Of a stretch of DNA of 64,000 nt, positions 33,746 through 42,865 are shown piece by piece (the stretch's first letter is position 1; each line of letters opens with the position of its first letter). The translations under genes and the position numbers were made by a program. Source of the DNA: Thermoplasmatota archaeon (GTDB lineage: Archaea > Thermoplasmatota > Penumbrarchaeia > Penumbrarchaeales > Penumbrarchaeaceae); NCBI GenBank assembly GCA_025457865.1, contig JALOTP010000005.1, positions 5,596 to 69,595 of the forward strand, read 5' to 3'. The notes beneath the pieces were generated by a model. It was not told the origin of the DNA, did no database searches, and saw only the letters and a program-made list of their open reading frames with translations.

Positions 33746-34345
33746 ATGTTCACATCAGAAGACGGGTCCTCTGCGGTCAGGATAGCTAGGGCGCATATCG
33801 AGAGGCAGTTGGGTGGCAGGCCTATTAGCACCCCGCACGGTCCAAAGGTGTTCGACCAGCCCTCCGGGGTCTTCGTCACCCTCAACACCTACCCCGACAG
33901 GGAGCTGAGGGGCTGTATAGGTTATTCCGAGCCCATAATGGCCATAGGCAAGGCCCTTAGAGAGGTCGCTGTTGCGGCTGCTACAAGGGACCCGCGTTTT
34001 CCCCCTGTCCGCCTGAAGGAGATGGACTCCATAGTCATTGACGTTACCCTGCTCACACCGCCTGAAAGGTTAGAATATTCCGGCCCGGATGACCTATTAT
34101 CCAAGATAGTCATAGGCAGGGACGGCTTGATAGCTAGAAAAGGGTTCTATTCAGGCCTCCTCCTACCCCAGGTCCCTGTTGAATGGGGGTGGGGTGTTGA
34201 GGAATTCTTATCCCACACCTGTTTAAAGGCTGGTCTTTCTAGAGATGAATGGAAGAGGGGCGATGTGGAGTTCCAAAGGTTCTCGGGGCAGGTCTTCGGT
34301 GAGAGGGTACCGCGAGGGGAAGTGGCCGAGGAGAAGCTTGGTTGA
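33746..34345 (+). CDS. AMMECR1-domain protein (TIGR00296-like)
   Basis: GVFVTL, LRGCIG, RDPRFPP, GLLLPQV, CLKAGL. Confidence 0.95.
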   Translation: MFTSEDGSSAVRIARAHIERQLGGRPISTPHGPKVFDQPSGVFVTLNTYPDRELRGCIGYSEPIMAIGKALREVAVAAATRDPRFPPVRLKEMDSIVIDVTLLTPPERLEYSGPDDLLSKIVIGRDGLIARKGFYSGLLLPQVPVEWGWGVEEFLSHTCLKAGLSRDEWKRGDVEFQRFSGQVFGERVPRGEVAEEKLG

Positions 34346-34355
34346 GGTATCACAG

Positions 34356-35699
34356 ATGTCATACGACCTTGTCATCCAGGGGAGGGTCCTGACCGGTGCA
34401 GGACCCAAGGAATCCTTCATCAGCATCGAGGATGGCATCATCTCAAAGGTCTCACGTTCCCATCCCGGACATGACGTGTCGGTTACCAAACATACCAATG
34501 GTCTTATTCTTCCAGGATGCATCGATTCCCACGTTCACTTCCGAGACCCTGGAATGACCCAAAAAGAGGATCTCACGACAGGTTCCCTCTCCGCAGCTTT
34601 CGGCGGTGTTACCTCGTTCATGGACATGCCCAACACAAGACCCCCCACCCTTGACCTGAAGAGCTTCCTTGAGAAGGCGGTCATAGCAAAGGAGATGTCC
34701 TACATAGACCACGGACTGTTCCTGGGCATCACTCCCGCCTCGGACCACATATCGGTCCTTGACCGGCTGAAAGAGTTCAAGTCCGGTCCTTTCCCTATCG
34801 GTTTGAAGGTATTCCTCGGTGAATCCACCGGTTCGCTCGTGTTCAGACCTATAGAGGGCATTGCCAAGGTGATCGAGGACGCGATAAGATACCATCTGCC
34901 ACTATCCGTCCATGCTGAGGATGGGGACCTGATAGCACAGGGAGGGATGGAAGGAAAAAGGAGCCACAAAGGGTCCTTAGCCCGCCATATGCTCTCCCGG
35001 CCTGCAGATGTGGAGCTCTCTGCCATGAACAGGGTCCTGAATGCCGCAGGCCCCAACAGTTCTGCGGTCCATTTCCTGCATATCTCATCCAAGGAGGGGA
35101 TAGAAAGGGCCAGGGATAGCGGGGCATCGGTCGAGGTAACACCACACCACCTTCTACTTGACCTGAAGTGGTGCGAAGCGAACCTGGAACTGGAAACCCT
35201 GGCCAAAGTGAACCCCCCCATCAGGACAACAGCCGACCGGGCAGCGCTCTGGGATGCACTGACATCAGGACATGTCGATGTCATAGGTTCCGATCATGCC
35301 CCGCATACCCTGCCCGAGAAGGAAGACGGTGAGAATATCCCCTCAGGGATGCCAGGCACAGAGACCATGTTCCCACTGCTTGCACATGAGTTCATGGAAA
35401 GGAGGACCGACCTACGCCTTCTCCAAAAGGTCCTTTGCGAAGGACCTGCCAGAAGGTTCGGTCTGGAACATAAGGGATGCCTGTTACCAGGTTACGATGC
35501 GGACCTGATGGTCATAGACCCAAAGGATGTCAGGAAGATAAGGGCTGAGGACCTCCATTCCAAATGCGGTTGGACCGCCTACGAGGGTTTCAGAGCGATA
35601 TTTCCGACGAGGGTCTATTCCAGGGGTGAGCTGCTGGTTGAGGATGGCAATATTTGTGGTCACTCCGGAAGATCGTTGGACCTGAGAACAAGGGAATGA
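34356..35699 (+). CDS. pyrC: Dihydroorotase-family amidohydrolase
   Basis: DSHVHFRDPG, DMPNT, VHAED, EVTPHHL, KVNPPIR, SDHAPH; RBS GAGGT. Confidence 0.88.
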   Translation: MSYDLVIQGRVLTGAGPKESFISIEDGIISKVSRSHPGHDVSVTKHTNGLILPGCIDSHVHFRDPGMTQKEDLTTGSLSAAFGGVTSFMDMPNTRPPTLDLKSFLEKAVIAKEMSYIDHGLFLGITPASDHISVLDRLKEFKSGPFPIGLKVFLGESTGSLVFRPIEGIAKVIEDAIRYHLPLSVHAEDGDLIAQGGMEGKRSHKGSLARHMLSRPADVELSAMNRVLNAAGPNSSAVHFLHISSKEGIERARDSGASVEVTPHHLLLDLKWCEANLELETLAKVNPPIRTTADRAALWDALTSGHVDVIGSDHAPHTLPEKEDGENIPSGMPGTETMFPLLAHEFMERRTDLRLLQKVLCEGPARRFGLEHKGCLLPGYDADLMVIDPKDVRKIRAEDLHSKCGWTAYEGFRAIFPTRVYSRGELLVEDGNICGHSGRSLDLRTRE

Positions 35700-35845
35700 T
35701 TTTTTTTACACCCGTTTATTTCTTACAAAAAAAATCCCCTCGGCTATTTGTAACTTGGAAAAATGCTACGATTTTTATAAACCCCTTTTAAAAAACGACG
35801 AAGGTTTAAATAGGACGAACATCTGTCGTCGCTCGGTGTTCCAAG

Positions 35846-36583
35846 ATGGCAAAGAAACAGACCACCAGGGAGTCGAAGAAGATCAAGGACAAGTGGAAGT
35901 CCAAGCAGTGGTATTCCATCTACGCTCCCGAGATGTTCAATAGGGCCAAGATCGGTGAGACGCTCTCAGATGACCCCGCTAAGATGCTGGGCAGGACCAT
36001 TGAAGTTACGCTCCAGGACCTGACCGGTGACTTCAGGATGATGCACATCAAGCTTAGGTTCAGGGTCGTTGATCATTCGACGAGCGACGCCTTCACTAGG
36101 TTCGTGGGATTGGACCTGACCTCAGATTACATAAGGAGGCAGACCAGGAGGAAGAGGACCAAGATGGAGGGTGTGTTCGATGTGACCACAAAGGACGGTT
36201 ACAAGATACGCCTCAAGCCCATGGCCATCTCCGATAAGAGGATACAGAGCTCCGTCCAGTACCTTATCAGAAAGAGGATGGAATCCGTGATAAATGAAGC
36301 GGGGTCTGGTCATACGTTCTCGGAGCTCACATCAATGGTGCTCACCCCCGATAAGGACAAAGGGCTCGTAACTCAGATCCTCAACCAGTGCAGGCCGGTA
36401 TACCCCTTGAAGAGGATGGACATCAGGAAGATGGAGATCCTGGCCATGCCCGAGGGGGAGGATAAAACGACCAACATCCTCTCCGCACCCGTTCCTCCTG
36501 AACAGGAGGCCAAGGCCGAAGTCAAAGAGACCTCTGCCCCCCCTGTACCAGAACCCGCCCCAGAACAAACTACAAAGAGCTGA
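35846..36583 (+). CDS. rps3ae: 30S ribosomal protein eS1 (S3Ae)
   Basis: KDKWKSKQWY..YAP.MF...GRTIEVTL.DLTGD...DYIRR...VYPL. Confidence 0.97.
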   Translation: MAKKQTTRESKKIKDKWKSKQWYSIYAPEMFNRAKIGETLSDDPAKMLGRTIEVTLQDLTGDFRMMHIKLRFRVVDHSTSDAFTRFVGLDLTSDYIRRQTRRKRTKMEGVFDVTTKDGYKIRLKPMAISDKRIQSSVQYLIRKRMESVINEAGSGHTFSELTSMVLTPDKDKGLVTQILNQCRPVYPLKRMDIRKMEILAMPEGEDKTTNILSAPVPPEQEAKAEVKETSAPPVPEPAPEQTTKS

Positions 36584-36747
36584 TTGCAGTTCAAGCGAAC
36601 ATCGGAACCTCAGAGCGGCCCTATAAGAGGATAGAATATGCCCGTGGGTCCCGCGCAACAGGTTTTAATATTCCTAGCCCGCTCTATCTTCTGCTGGTCG
36701 ATGATGCGTCCAGTTTATCGTCGGTTCAATAGGGTGGTGGGGTCGAT

Positions 36748-37911
36748 TTGACCGAAAAGAGGATGACAGAGATCTATAAGGAGCTGGACCAGCTCTCGAG
36801 CGAGCTGGGCCCGGTGGGGGTAAGCTACCACTCTCCAGTTCACGAAGAGGTCCCGACCTTTGAGATCGATATGGAAGGTCATCTACTGAAGGTCCCCCTG
36901 CTCATGATCGAAATAACAGGTTTCTCCAACGAGGAACTATCCCTTCTCTCTCTACAGAACATCATTTTCTCCGATGACAGGAACAAGCTCCTGTCCGCCA
37001 TGGGTTCCATCGCCGAGGGAGCTCCTGTTGTGATCATTGAACTGGAGCTATTCTCGGAGCAGAGCGGGGCACACCCAGTCGAGGTCATCATGCTCCCAAT
37101 CCAAAAGGGGCAGAAGCTGATCGGGGCGTGGGGGGTCATAAAGGACATCAAGGGAAGGAAGCACCTGGAAGAGTCTCTGATAAGGACCCGTGAGGTACAG
37201 GAGAGGTCTCAGAGGTTCCTTTCCGATTTTGTTTCGCTTATGGCCAGAGAGATACGCCAGCCTTTGACAGAGATGCTACTGACGCTGGAGATGCTCCATT
37301 CCGGTCACTTCGGAGCGGTGGACGAAAGGCAGAAGGCCAGGATGGACCAGCTCATAACCGCCGTGGACAGGCTAAAAGGGATCCTGAACCAGGCTATAGA
37401 GACCTCCAAGGATGCTGGAAGGGAGATAAAGCTCGAGAAGGATACCACAGACCTCAACGGGGTTCTGAGAAGAGCGGTCCTCGATAGGATGGAGCATATG
37501 GGGTCAAAGGGCATAAAGCATGACCTCACCCTGCCAGAGCGGGCGGTGATGGCCCCCTTGGACGGTAAGGCCATGCAGCAGGCCATGGGCAACCTTCTCG
37601 ACCACAGTATGGGCCAGCTGCCAAAGGGCGGTGTGATAAGGATCGACCTTGAACAACGCAATGAGGCCATCCTTGTAACAATATCGGATTCCGGGCCCGG
37701 TATCCCCGAGGATGAGGTCGAGCAGTTGTTCGAGAGATTCCATGTGGACCCCGACAGGGAGGGGGGCACCTTCATTGAGGGTCTGTCCCTCTACATGGCA
37801 AAGAGGATAATCGAGACGCACGGGGGGAGGATATGGTGCGAGAGCTTCCCTGGACTGGGCACCAGCATCCTCATAACGCTCCCTGTAAAGATGCTCAAGG
37901 AGGGGGGATGA
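36748..37911 (+). CDS. Histidine kinase-like protein lacking the phospho-acceptor His
   Basis: PAC-like segment, H-box reads MAREIRQPL, HATPase with NLLDHS, DSGPGI, EGLSL, HGGRIWCES. Confidence 0.85.
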   Translation: MTEKRMTEIYKELDQLSSELGPVGVSYHSPVHEEVPTFEIDMEGHLLKVPLLMIEITGFSNEELSLLSLQNIIFSDDRNKLLSAMGSIAEGAPVVIIELELFSEQSGAHPVEVIMLPIQKGQKLIGAWGVIKDIKGRKHLEESLIRTREVQERSQRFLSDFVSLMAREIRQPLTEMLLTLEMLHSGHFGAVDERQKARMDQLITAVDRLKGILNQAIETSKDAGREIKLEKDTTDLNGVLRRAVLDRMEHMGSKGIKHDLTLPERAVMAPLDGKAMQQAMGNLLDHSMGQLPKGGVIRIDLEQRNEAILVTISDSGPGIPEDEVEQLFERFHVDPDREGGTFIEGLSLYMAKRIIETHGGRIWCESFPGLGTSILITLPVKMLKEGG

Positions 37912-38276
37912 TGGTGGATAGTATCATGGTGGTCGAGGACAGGGAACCGATAGCAGAGGTGCTCAGGGATATGCTCACGGCGAACGGTTTTTCCGTTGTT
38001 GCTCTGGCTACGACCGGAAAGGAGGCCATGGAAAAGTTCTCGGAGGAGCGCCCTGGGATCGTCCTCATGGACCTTCTGCTCCCCGATATGAACGGTCTAG
38101 AGGTCACTGAAAGGCTCATCGAGATGGACCCATCCGTGAGGGTGATCGCGATCACTGCCCTGTCCAGGGACGGTCTGATCGAGGATGCACTGAAAGCAGG
38201 TTGTATACGGTTCATAGCCAAACCCTTTCGGATGAAGGAGCTGGTGGGGACCATAAGAGAGATATGTGGTCCTTAA
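37908..38276 (+). CDS. Single-domain response regulator (CheY-like receiver)
   Basis: VVED, LMDLLLPDMNG, ITA, KPF; 4-nt overlap with the kinase gene. Confidence 0.93.
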   Translation: MMVDSIMVVEDREPIAEVLRDMLTANGFSVVALATTGKEAMEKFSEERPGIVLMDLLLPDMNGLEVTERLIEMDPSVRVIAITALSRDGLIEDALKAGCIRFIAKPFRMKELVGTIREICGP

Positions 38277-38486
38277 GGTGCCAAGCTTCCTGAACATGGT
38301 GGGTACAAGGACCATCTATGGACCATAAAGGTTATTATGACAGACCGATTTAGACCTTTAGCCAAACAGCTCAGTAGCCGCTCCGTTGCCAACGGGACCA
38401 TCCCGTGGATGGCAAAAGATGATATAGTCCCCAGTCTCATGACAACCCATCGGAACGAGATGTCGGCACATAAAGGGGTGAACCGA

Positions 38487-41400
38487 TTGGCGAGAAAATA
38501 TGAAAACAACCCCGGGTACATGATAGCCCTGGGATTGGTATTGCTAATGGTCGTGCCATCTTACATCATAGCGGTAAGGTCCGAGGGTGAGGCCCCGTCC
38601 CGAGATTGGTTGGACATTGCCGTCGATGGTATAGATGTCCAAAGACCGTCGCAGTCCAACAATATCTATCCTGGTCAGAAGATAACCGTTTGGGTCAAGC
38701 TCATCCATGACAACAGGCCGCTCGAAAGCGCCACGTTGATAAACCTCGATAATCAGTTCACCGTAGTGCTCGTTGTCGATGACACATACAGTAACGTCAC
38801 TACAATGTACAAAACGGTTTCGAGCATGCCTCTCAACTATACGGGCGCGGACCCGCCCCATGGTGGACCTAACAGCCCCTATATCGTTTATTTCATCTGG
38901 ACCGTTCCCATGAGGAAACCCGCCGGTGTAACGAGCTGGAACGATTTCAGCTTCATGATGTATGCCACCATCACCGTGGATGACGATGACAAGTCGGATA
39001 ACTTCAGGAGCGGCAGCGGAGTGAGGGTATCCGAACCTGAGTTCGCCCCCATGATCATAGAAGAGGGTGAGAAGGATGGGAAGGGCCCCATCCATGATGT
39101 GGTCGTCGGTAACCCCTATTTCATCCCGTTCCTGCTTATGAACGATGGCCCCGCCCTTGACAATATCGGAATAGAGATACTCAGCTATCCCGATGGGTGG
39201 AGCACGGATCCGTTCTCACCTAGGGTGGTATATCCGAACGACGCTGAGAGCCTGGAGCTGCCCATCCAGATCCCCAACAATCCGTTCTTTGCCCTGAACA
39301 CCGAAAAGGGTAAGGAAAAGATATATTCCATAGAGGTCCGTGCGTATTCTGCGTTCTACCCCGACGGCCCTTACCTGAGCAATGAGAGACATACGTTCCG
39401 GTTCAAGGTAGCCTTCAAACCCGGGGCAGAAATGTGGCCTGCCAAACCGTACGTCTACCTTGAACCGGGCCTCGACCCCAATACGAACAGGGTCGATTTC
39501 TATATAAAGAACACCGGGAACGGAGAATCCACCTATACGCTTTCGACCAACCTTCAGGACATAGATAAGAAAAGGGGTTGGGACGTAACCTTCAAATCGG
39601 GAGATGCCCAGCAGGAGGACATCGAACCGAACAAGGTCTATATGTTCTCCCTTAAGGTCCGAGTGCCGCTCAATGCCATGTACCTGACGAATATCAATAT
39701 AGTGGTCCGTGCGACCCTCACAGCGTCGGCAGTGACCTACGAATCCTTCAGTCAGAACCTCATCGTTTACGCTGACAAGCACTTTGCTGCCGATATTCAG
39801 AACTTCGAGAAGGCCTCGTTCAAGGTAGAACCGGGCAGGGAGAACATAATCAAGTTCAATTTCACCAACCTGGGAAATACCAAGGATGACACGCTCTTCC
39901 TTAACGTGACCCACAAACCATACGATTGGACGGTCATAATCGACCAGTCCCCGTTGAAGGGTAAAGGGCTCGGTCCCTATACTACCGTGACCCTAACCAT
40001 GGTCTGCATCATCCCGGAGACATCCAGCGCCACCCTATCGACCTTCAGGCCCATGGTAAAGGTGGAGGCGAGGGGCGGGTCGCCCCCTAAGAAACTGGAT
40101 ACGGAGGAGTTCTACTTCGAGGTCCCCCTTAGGCGGAAGCTGGACCTATCCTCTCCTCAGCGCGAGAAAGAGGGTTTCCTAGGCGGTAAGCTAGTATTTG
40201 ACGTAAATGTGCGTAATGCCGGGAACGACGTCGATTCCTTCAACCTCTCAGTGAACCACCCATGGGCAGAACTGGAGGAGACCAGGATCGAGATAAGCAG
40301 CAATGAGGTCGTAACGCTCAAGCTCTACGTTGACATACCTCAGAACGCGGCCGCTGACACGAACCCGGACACCCCGTTCCCCCTCGATCCGGTCAGGAAC
40401 TGGTATGATGGATACAAGATCACCGTCACCGGTTATTCACAGAACGAGACCAAGGATGGTGGCAAGAAGGGCTCGACGCTGACCAAGGTGGACCTGGTGC
40501 TCCATGTCCAGCCGTTCTACAACTTCGAGATGGAGATAGACCCCGAGGAGAAGCCTCTCCAGTTCTCTATGGACCATGACCAGTCGAGGGCCGTCAGGGT
40601 GAAGGTCACCAACCTCGGCAATATAGCCCTTACGGTGAAGCTAGGGTTCGTGGACAATCCTTACTCTTGGATGAGGCTCCAGAACACCTATATCGATGTC
40701 CCGTACGGTCGGTCCTCCTATGCGACGCTCTTCTTGGACCTATCCGCAGACACCATATCAGAGATAGGTAATGTCACATTGCACCTTCGCGGGTCCGCCA
40801 GGACCGGGTTCTCCGGGGAGATCGAGTACAGGATACCGATAGTCGTGAACTTCTACAGGCTCATGTTCGATTTCACCGAGAGGAGGATGAACAATGAACC
40901 GTTCACGGGGGTCCTCAACGGAGAACGCGACCTGACCTATTCGTTCCAGGTGAACATCTCCAATGTCGGTTCGAAGGACCTCCATCCGTTCCAGTTCGAG
41001 CCGCTCTACGTCGTCCTGTATGATGGATCGTTCGAGATAGATAGGGCGAACATAACCTACCTCCAGGTCGGCCAGTACAAGGTCGTCAGGTTCCGGTGGG
41101 TGGCATCGACCCCCGGCCCTCATCAGATGTCCATCGTCCTTGAGGGGGACATCCCGATAAGCGAAAAGGGCGAGGTCAAGGAATCGTGGATCATGAACAT
41201 AAGGAAAGAGCCTATAAAGGTAGATGAGGACGATAGCCTTGAGCTGTACGAGATACTCATCCCCCTAGCGCTCCTGATAATATTCGCAACGGCCATGTTC
41301 GTTTTCATATCCAGGTACAACCAGATATTCATATCGCCCATCGATACCGGGTACGATGAGAAGGGCGAGTACAGACCATGGGCGGTGAAGGAGCAGTTCA

Positions 41401-41711
41401 AGGAGGAAACCAAGCAGTTGGAGCCTAAAGAGGCCCCACCACAGTTGCCTCCGCCATCGAAACCCGGGTTGCCCCCAGCACCCTCCGAGGCCAAACTAGC
41501 CCCAGCTGTGGCCGCGCCGGTCCCGGTCCAATCACCAAGACCCGCGGTGGCCGCGCCGGTATCTTTCCCCCAGGCAAGACCGGTTCCGACAGGGGCCCCG
41601 CCACCAACCCCAATGAGACCGGTCCCCGTGCAGCCTATGGCAGCGAGACCCATTGCAGCGCCTGTTTCAATGCCTCCACCGAGACAGGTACAACCCCCTG
41701 TTCCTAAGTAG
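38487..41711 (+). CDS. Large membrane-anchored surface protein with tandem CARDB/NEW3-like Ig domains and Pro-rich cytoplasmic tail
   Basis: Signal-like N-terminus; repeated N.GN motifs (KNTGN, TNLGN, RNAGN); TM ILIPLALLIIFATAMFVFI; TTG start after GGGGTG chosen (ORF open from 38337). Confidence 0.82.
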   Translation: MARKYENNPGYMIALGLVLLMVVPSYIIAVRSEGEAPSRDWLDIAVDGIDVQRPSQSNNIYPGQKITVWVKLIHDNRPLESATLINLDNQFTVVLVVDDTYSNVTTMYKTVSSMPLNYTGADPPHGGPNSPYIVYFIWTVPMRKPAGVTSWNDFSFMMYATITVDDDDKSDNFRSGSGVRVSEPEFAPMIIEEGEKDGKGPIHDVVVGNPYFIPFLLMNDGPALDNIGIEILSYPDGWSTDPFSPRVVYPNDAESLELPIQIPNNPFFALNTEKGKEKIYSIEVRAYSAFYPDGPYLSNERHTFRFKVAFKPGAEMWPAKPYVYLEPGLDPNTNRVDFYIKNTGNGESTYTLSTNLQDIDKKRGWDVTFKSGDAQQEDIEPNKVYMFSLKVRVPLNAMYLTNINIVVRATLTASAVTYESFSQNLIVYADKHFAADIQNFEKASFKVEPGRENIIKFNFTNLGNTKDDTLFLNVTHKPYDWTVIIDQSPLKGKGLGPYTTVTLTMVCIIPETSSATLSTFRPMVKVEARGGSPPKKLDTEEFYFEVPLRRKLDLSSPQREKEGFLGGKLVFDVNVRNAGNDVDSFNLSVNHPWAELEETRIEISSNEVVTLKLYVDIPQNAAADTNPDTPFPLDPVRNWYDGYKITVTGYSQNETKDGGKKGSTLTKVDLVLHVQPFYNFEMEIDPEEKPLQFSMDHDQSRAVRVKVTNLGNIALTVKLGFVDNPYSWMRLQNTYIDVPYGRSSYATLFLDLSADTISEIGNVTLHLRGSARTGFSGEIEYRIPIVVNFYRLMFDFTERRMNNEPFTGVLNGERDLTYSFQVNISNVGSKDLHPFQFEPLYVVLYDGSFEIDRANITYLQVGQYKVVRFRWVASTPGPHQMSIVLEGDIPISEKGEVKESWIMNIRKEPIKVDEDDSLELYEILIPLALLIIFATAMFVFISRYNQIFISPIDTGYDEKGEYRPWAVKEQFKEETKQLEPKEAPPQLPPPSKPGLPPAPSEAKLAPAVAAPVPVQSPRPAVAAPVSFPQARPVPTGAPPPTPMRPVPVQPMAARPIAAPVSMPPPRQVQPPVPK

Positions 41712-41720
41712 GGCGAGACG

Positions 41721-42761
41721 CTAACGGACGACCCTCAGGACACATATGTGCCTAGTTAGGCTCTTATGCACTCTGAACTTCAGGATGGAAGAGAGCTCGT
41801 ACCCTTCGACACGGTCGAGCATACGCTCGTCAGGCGCGTCAAGGACCACTGGAGCTCCATTGACCAGGAGCTCCCTGGCGCTTGTTAGTACAACCCTGAG
41901 AAGGTCACCCGGTTCGCTCCCTCCTGAACTTGCCGACCTTCCGAACGGTGGGTCGGTCAGGAGGCCATCGAAGGGGGCATTTGCCGTCACAGCCTTAATT
42001 GAACGGATGGACCTCGAGTCGCCCAGGTGTGCTCGGACCCGCTCTGTAAGTCCTTTGCTATCAAGGTTCTTAAAGGCTCCTTCCAGGACCCTCAGGTCCA
42101 CCTCGATACCTGTACATTCGTATCCCAGCAGAGCCGCTTCCATGATCAGTCCACCGGGTCCCATGAACGGGTCGAGTATTGAGCTGCCGACCGGCAGGCC
42201 AAGGAGATTGACCATGGATCGTGAGACCCTTGGGTCCATCATGACAGGTCTGGAGAAGGCGAGATTGGACCCCCTTCTTGACATCAGCTCGGACCTTGAG
42301 GATGAGTGGGTAGTGTGCCCTACGAAGGCCTCTTTGGCAACAACGACGAACACCTTGCTGTCAGGCGATCTCAATCTGAGCTTCCTCCCAGCTCCACCGA
42401 TCGCTTCTGCGATGCCGTTGAACAGCTCCTCTGCCGTGAACGGTAGTATTCCCCTGGGCATTCTGACCAGAGGTGCGAGGGATAGCTCCGGGTCGAGCAT
42501 TTCAATGGTCCCTTCCACAGCGGCCATTACGCGCTCCATCTCCGGAGGGCAGGTCCTTTCAAGGACCCCTGCAAAATGGCACATGCCCAATCGGTCGACA
42601 AGCTCCGGGGATGGCTTTTGTTCGATAAGGGCGATCCGGTCCTGGAATTCGACAGGTTCACCTTTGGCCCCCAAGGCCCGATAGGCCGATAGTAGCTCGG
42701 CCCTTGCAAGGGGGGGGTTCTCACCCGATAGGTAAAGGAATCCCGTCATCGGACACTCCAA
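41721..42761 (-). CDS. tRNA (guanine10-N2) methyltransferase, Trm11/TrmG10-like
   Basis: LSGENPPLARAEL, ILDPFMGPGG, TDPPFGRS, RVHKSLTRHI. Confidence 0.87.
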   Translation of the reverse strand: MECPMTGFLYLSGENPPLARAELLSAYRALGAKGEPVEFQDRIALIEQKPSPELVDRLGMCHFAGVLERTCPPEMERVMAAVEGTIEMLDPELSLAPLVRMPRGILPFTAEELFNGIAEAIGGAGRKLRLRSPDSKVFVVVAKEAFVGHTTHSSSRSELMSRRGSNLAFSRPVMMDPRVSRSMVNLLGLPVGSSILDPFMGPGGLIMEAALLGYECTGIEVDLRVLEGAFKNLDSKGLTERVRAHLGDSRSIRSIKAVTANAPFDGLLTDPPFGRSASSGGSEPGDLLRVVLTSARELLVNGAPVVLDAPDERMLDRVEGYELSSILKFRVHKSLTRHICVLRVVR

Positions 42762-42865
42762 GGTCTATCCCCTAATAAACATTGATAGAGTGGGCGATGC
42801 TGGTGGCGCCGACCATTCAAAAGGTTTTTCTCCATCAGGCTCCCTAAGGGGGTAGAGGTGTTAGA

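Noticed and set aside
35735..35762. Weak ORB-like TTCCAAGTTACAAATAGCCGAGGGG (minus) upstream of rps3ae
   Set aside because: Poor match, single copy, and explained by ordinary terminator/promoter sequence
41746..42684. 312-aa plus-strand ORF
   Set aside because: Ser/Arg-rich antisense shadow of the Trm11-like gene
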